NCBI GenBank assembly: GCA_017610205.1
Contig: JAFCCL010000002.1
Coordinates: 71,481 to 135,480 of the forward strand
Direction of reading: 5' to 3'
Origin: Candidatus Iainarchaeum sp.
Lineage (GTDB): Archaea > Iainarchaeota > Iainarchaeia > Iainarchaeales > GCA-2688035
DNA: 64,000 bases
Positions within the stretch are counted from its first letter, which is position 1, and each line of letters starts with the position of its first letter. A program made the translations under genes and the position numbers. This document shows positions 62,413-64,000 of the stretch, one piece after another. The notes below the pieces were generated by a model. That model had not been told where the DNA came from. It made no database searches and was given only the letters and a program-made list of their open reading frames with translations.

Positions 62413-64000
62413 CGGCACCGCAATCAAGGCAACTATTGTCATTAGTTTAAGAATAATATTAATTCCAACTCCGCTGCAATCTTTAAATCCGTCTCCTACC
62501 GTGTCTCCAACCACTGCAGCTTTGTGAGCTGTAGAACCTTTTCCACCAAATTGTCCAGCTTCAATGTATTTCTTTGCGTTATCCCAACTGGCACCAGCAG
62601 TTGTCTGAAAGACAGCCATAAGGAAACCTGTCGCAATTGCACCTGCGAGGAAACCTCCAAGAGCAGCCACACCTAAAACCGAGCCAACCGCTATTGGGGC
62701 AAGCATGGCAATCAGACTTGGCACAATCATCTCCCTTAAAGCAGCCTGTGTACTAATTGAAATACATTTATCATAATCCGGTTTTGCCTTACCCTGCATC
62801 AGACCTTTAATTTCTCTAAACTGCCTTCTAACCTCTTCAACCATTTTTATTGCAGCATTACCTACAGCACTCAACATAAAAGCACTAAACACAAACGGTA
62901 TCAACGCCCCAAGAAACAGCCCGACAATTACAACCGGCTGAGCAATATCAATGGAACTAAGATTCGCAACAACAATATAAGAGGCAAACAATGCAAGAGC
63001 AGTTAAGGCCGCAGAACTTATTGCAAAACCTTTTCCAATTGCAGCAGTGCTGTTTCCAACTGCGTCAAGCAACTCAGTCCTTTCCCTGACTTTTTTGCCC
63101 AAGCCAGCCATTTCAGCAATTCCTGCAGCATTGTCTGCAACACTTCCATAAGTGTCAGCTGCAAGAGTAATGCCCAAAGTGCCAAGCAGTCCAACAGCGG
63201 AAATCGCAACACCCATTACTCCTGCAAAATAATAGCTTACAAGAATTACTGCACCAACAGTAATAACAGGAATTGCTGTTGAAAACATTCCTGTACTAAG
63301 ACCTGCAATGACATTTGTTCCTGCACCGGATTTTGCCGCTTCAGCAATCTTTTGTGTTGGACTGTGAAAAGGGCTTGTTACAAATTCTGTTGCATAGCCA
63401 ATTATTAAAGCCCCAACAAGTCCTGCGACAATTGCAAAGAAAAAGCCAAGGGTTCCAAGGAAAAAGACAAGGAAAAAGTATGAAATTATTGCCATAAAAA
63501 GTGCTGCTGCAAAAATGCCTTTGTCAATTGCTCCAAAAATGTTTTTCTTTTTGGCTTTTACAAAAAGTGTTGAAATAATTGAGGCGACAATTCCAATTGC
63601 TGCAAGGGCTAATGGAATCAAAATGCCGTTTGTTCCCATAAAAGCAGCTCCTAAAACCATTGCTGCAATTATTGCGTCAACATAGCTTTCAAACAAGTCT
63701 GCACCCATTCCTGCAACGTCACCAACATTGTCTCCAACATTGTCAGCTATTACTGCAGGATTTCTTGGGTCATCCTCAGGAATGTTTTTTTCTATTTTAC
63801 CAACAAGGTCTGCTCCAACGTCAGCTGCCTTTGTGTAAATTCCTCCTCCAACTCTTGCAAACAAGGCAATGCTACTTGCACCAAAGCCAAATCCGAAAAG
63901 AATGTTTGGATCCTGAAAAATAAGATATGACAAGGTAACTCCAAGCAAGCCAAGGCCTACTACTGCAAAACTCATTACTGAACCTGAAGCAAAGGCAACT
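62401..64000 (-). CDS. hppA: H+-translocating pyrophosphatase (C-terminal ~530 aa; N-terminus lies beyond the window end)
   Basis: GGGIYTKAADVGADLVGK, DNVGDNVGD, and C-terminal DNAKKYIE...GDTVGDGFKD motifs. The reading frame is open to position 64000. Confidence 0.9.
   Translation of the reverse strand, partial: VAFASGSVMSFAVVGLGLLGVTLSYLIFQDPNILFGFGFGASSIALFARVGGGIYTKAADVGADLVGKIEKNIPEDDPRNPAVIADNVGDNVGDVAGMGADLFESYVDAIIAAMVLGAAFMGTNGILIPLALAAIGIVASIISTLFVKAKKKNIFGAIDKGIFAAALFMAIISYFFLVFFLGTLGFFFAIVAGLVGALIIGYATEFVTSPFHSPTQKIAEAAKSGAGTNVIAGLSTGMFSTAIPVITVGAVILVSYYFAGVMGVAISAVGLLGTLGITLAADTYGSVADNAAGIAEMAGLGKKVRERTELLDAVGNSTAAIGKGFAISSAALTALALFASYIVVANLSSIDIAQPVVIVGLFLGALIPFVFSAFMLSAVGNAAIKMVEEVRRQFREIKGLMQGKAKPDYDKCISISTQAALREMIVPSLIAMLAPIAVGSVLGVAALGGFLAGAIATGFLMAVFQTTAGASWDNAKKYIEAGQFGGKGSTAHKAAVVGDTVGDGFKDCSGVGINIILKLMTIVALIAVPLFL

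Overview
The window is an AT-rich (roughly 35-40% GC) archaeal chromosomal segment, densely packed with about 80 short genes. Archaeal identity is well supported by Top6A/B, MCM, aIF1A/aIF2beta/aIF5A, L15e, L37ae, an Sm protein, proteasome alpha, and a complete exosome superoperon. That superoperon runs psmA-sbds-rrp4-rrp41-rrp42-rpl37ae-rpoP-pcc1-pfdB. Several features are reminiscent of DPANN-type small-genome archaea, though this is speculative: very compact genes, many K/E-rich low-complexity tails on housekeeping proteins, and large Cys-rich secreted proteins. Shine-Dalgarno sites (GGAGG) and TTG/GTG start codons are evident.

Notable content:
- Two LAGLIDADG inteins, one in MCM and one in Top6A.
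- A free-standing LAGLIDADG protein with three NUMOD-like HTH repeats, in a translationally coupled three-ORF operon. A conserved 50-nt motif and a 13-bp inverted repeat lie upstream; the motif recurs upstream of MCM.
- A tRNA-Ala(GGC) locus with a degenerate duplicate and two 95-bp tandem repeats that each end in the tRNA 3'-terminal 20-mer.
- A tRNA-Val(GAC) carrying a non-canonical intron of about 36 nt.
- A small decayed toxin-antitoxin islet: a RelE-like gene with an in-frame TGA, a SPASM remnant, and an intact RHH-RelE pair.
- A pseudogenised paralogue of an EndoIV-like TIM-barrel gene, inverted relative to the intact copy 39 kb away.
- Seven degenerate tandem repeats upstream of top6B.
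- A cluster of Cys-rich beta-helix/LamG/GLUG surface proteins, one of which has a pilin-type class III signal peptide.

No CRISPR arrays or rRNA genes were seen. Gene ends cut by the window are KaiC-like (5') and H+-PPase (3').
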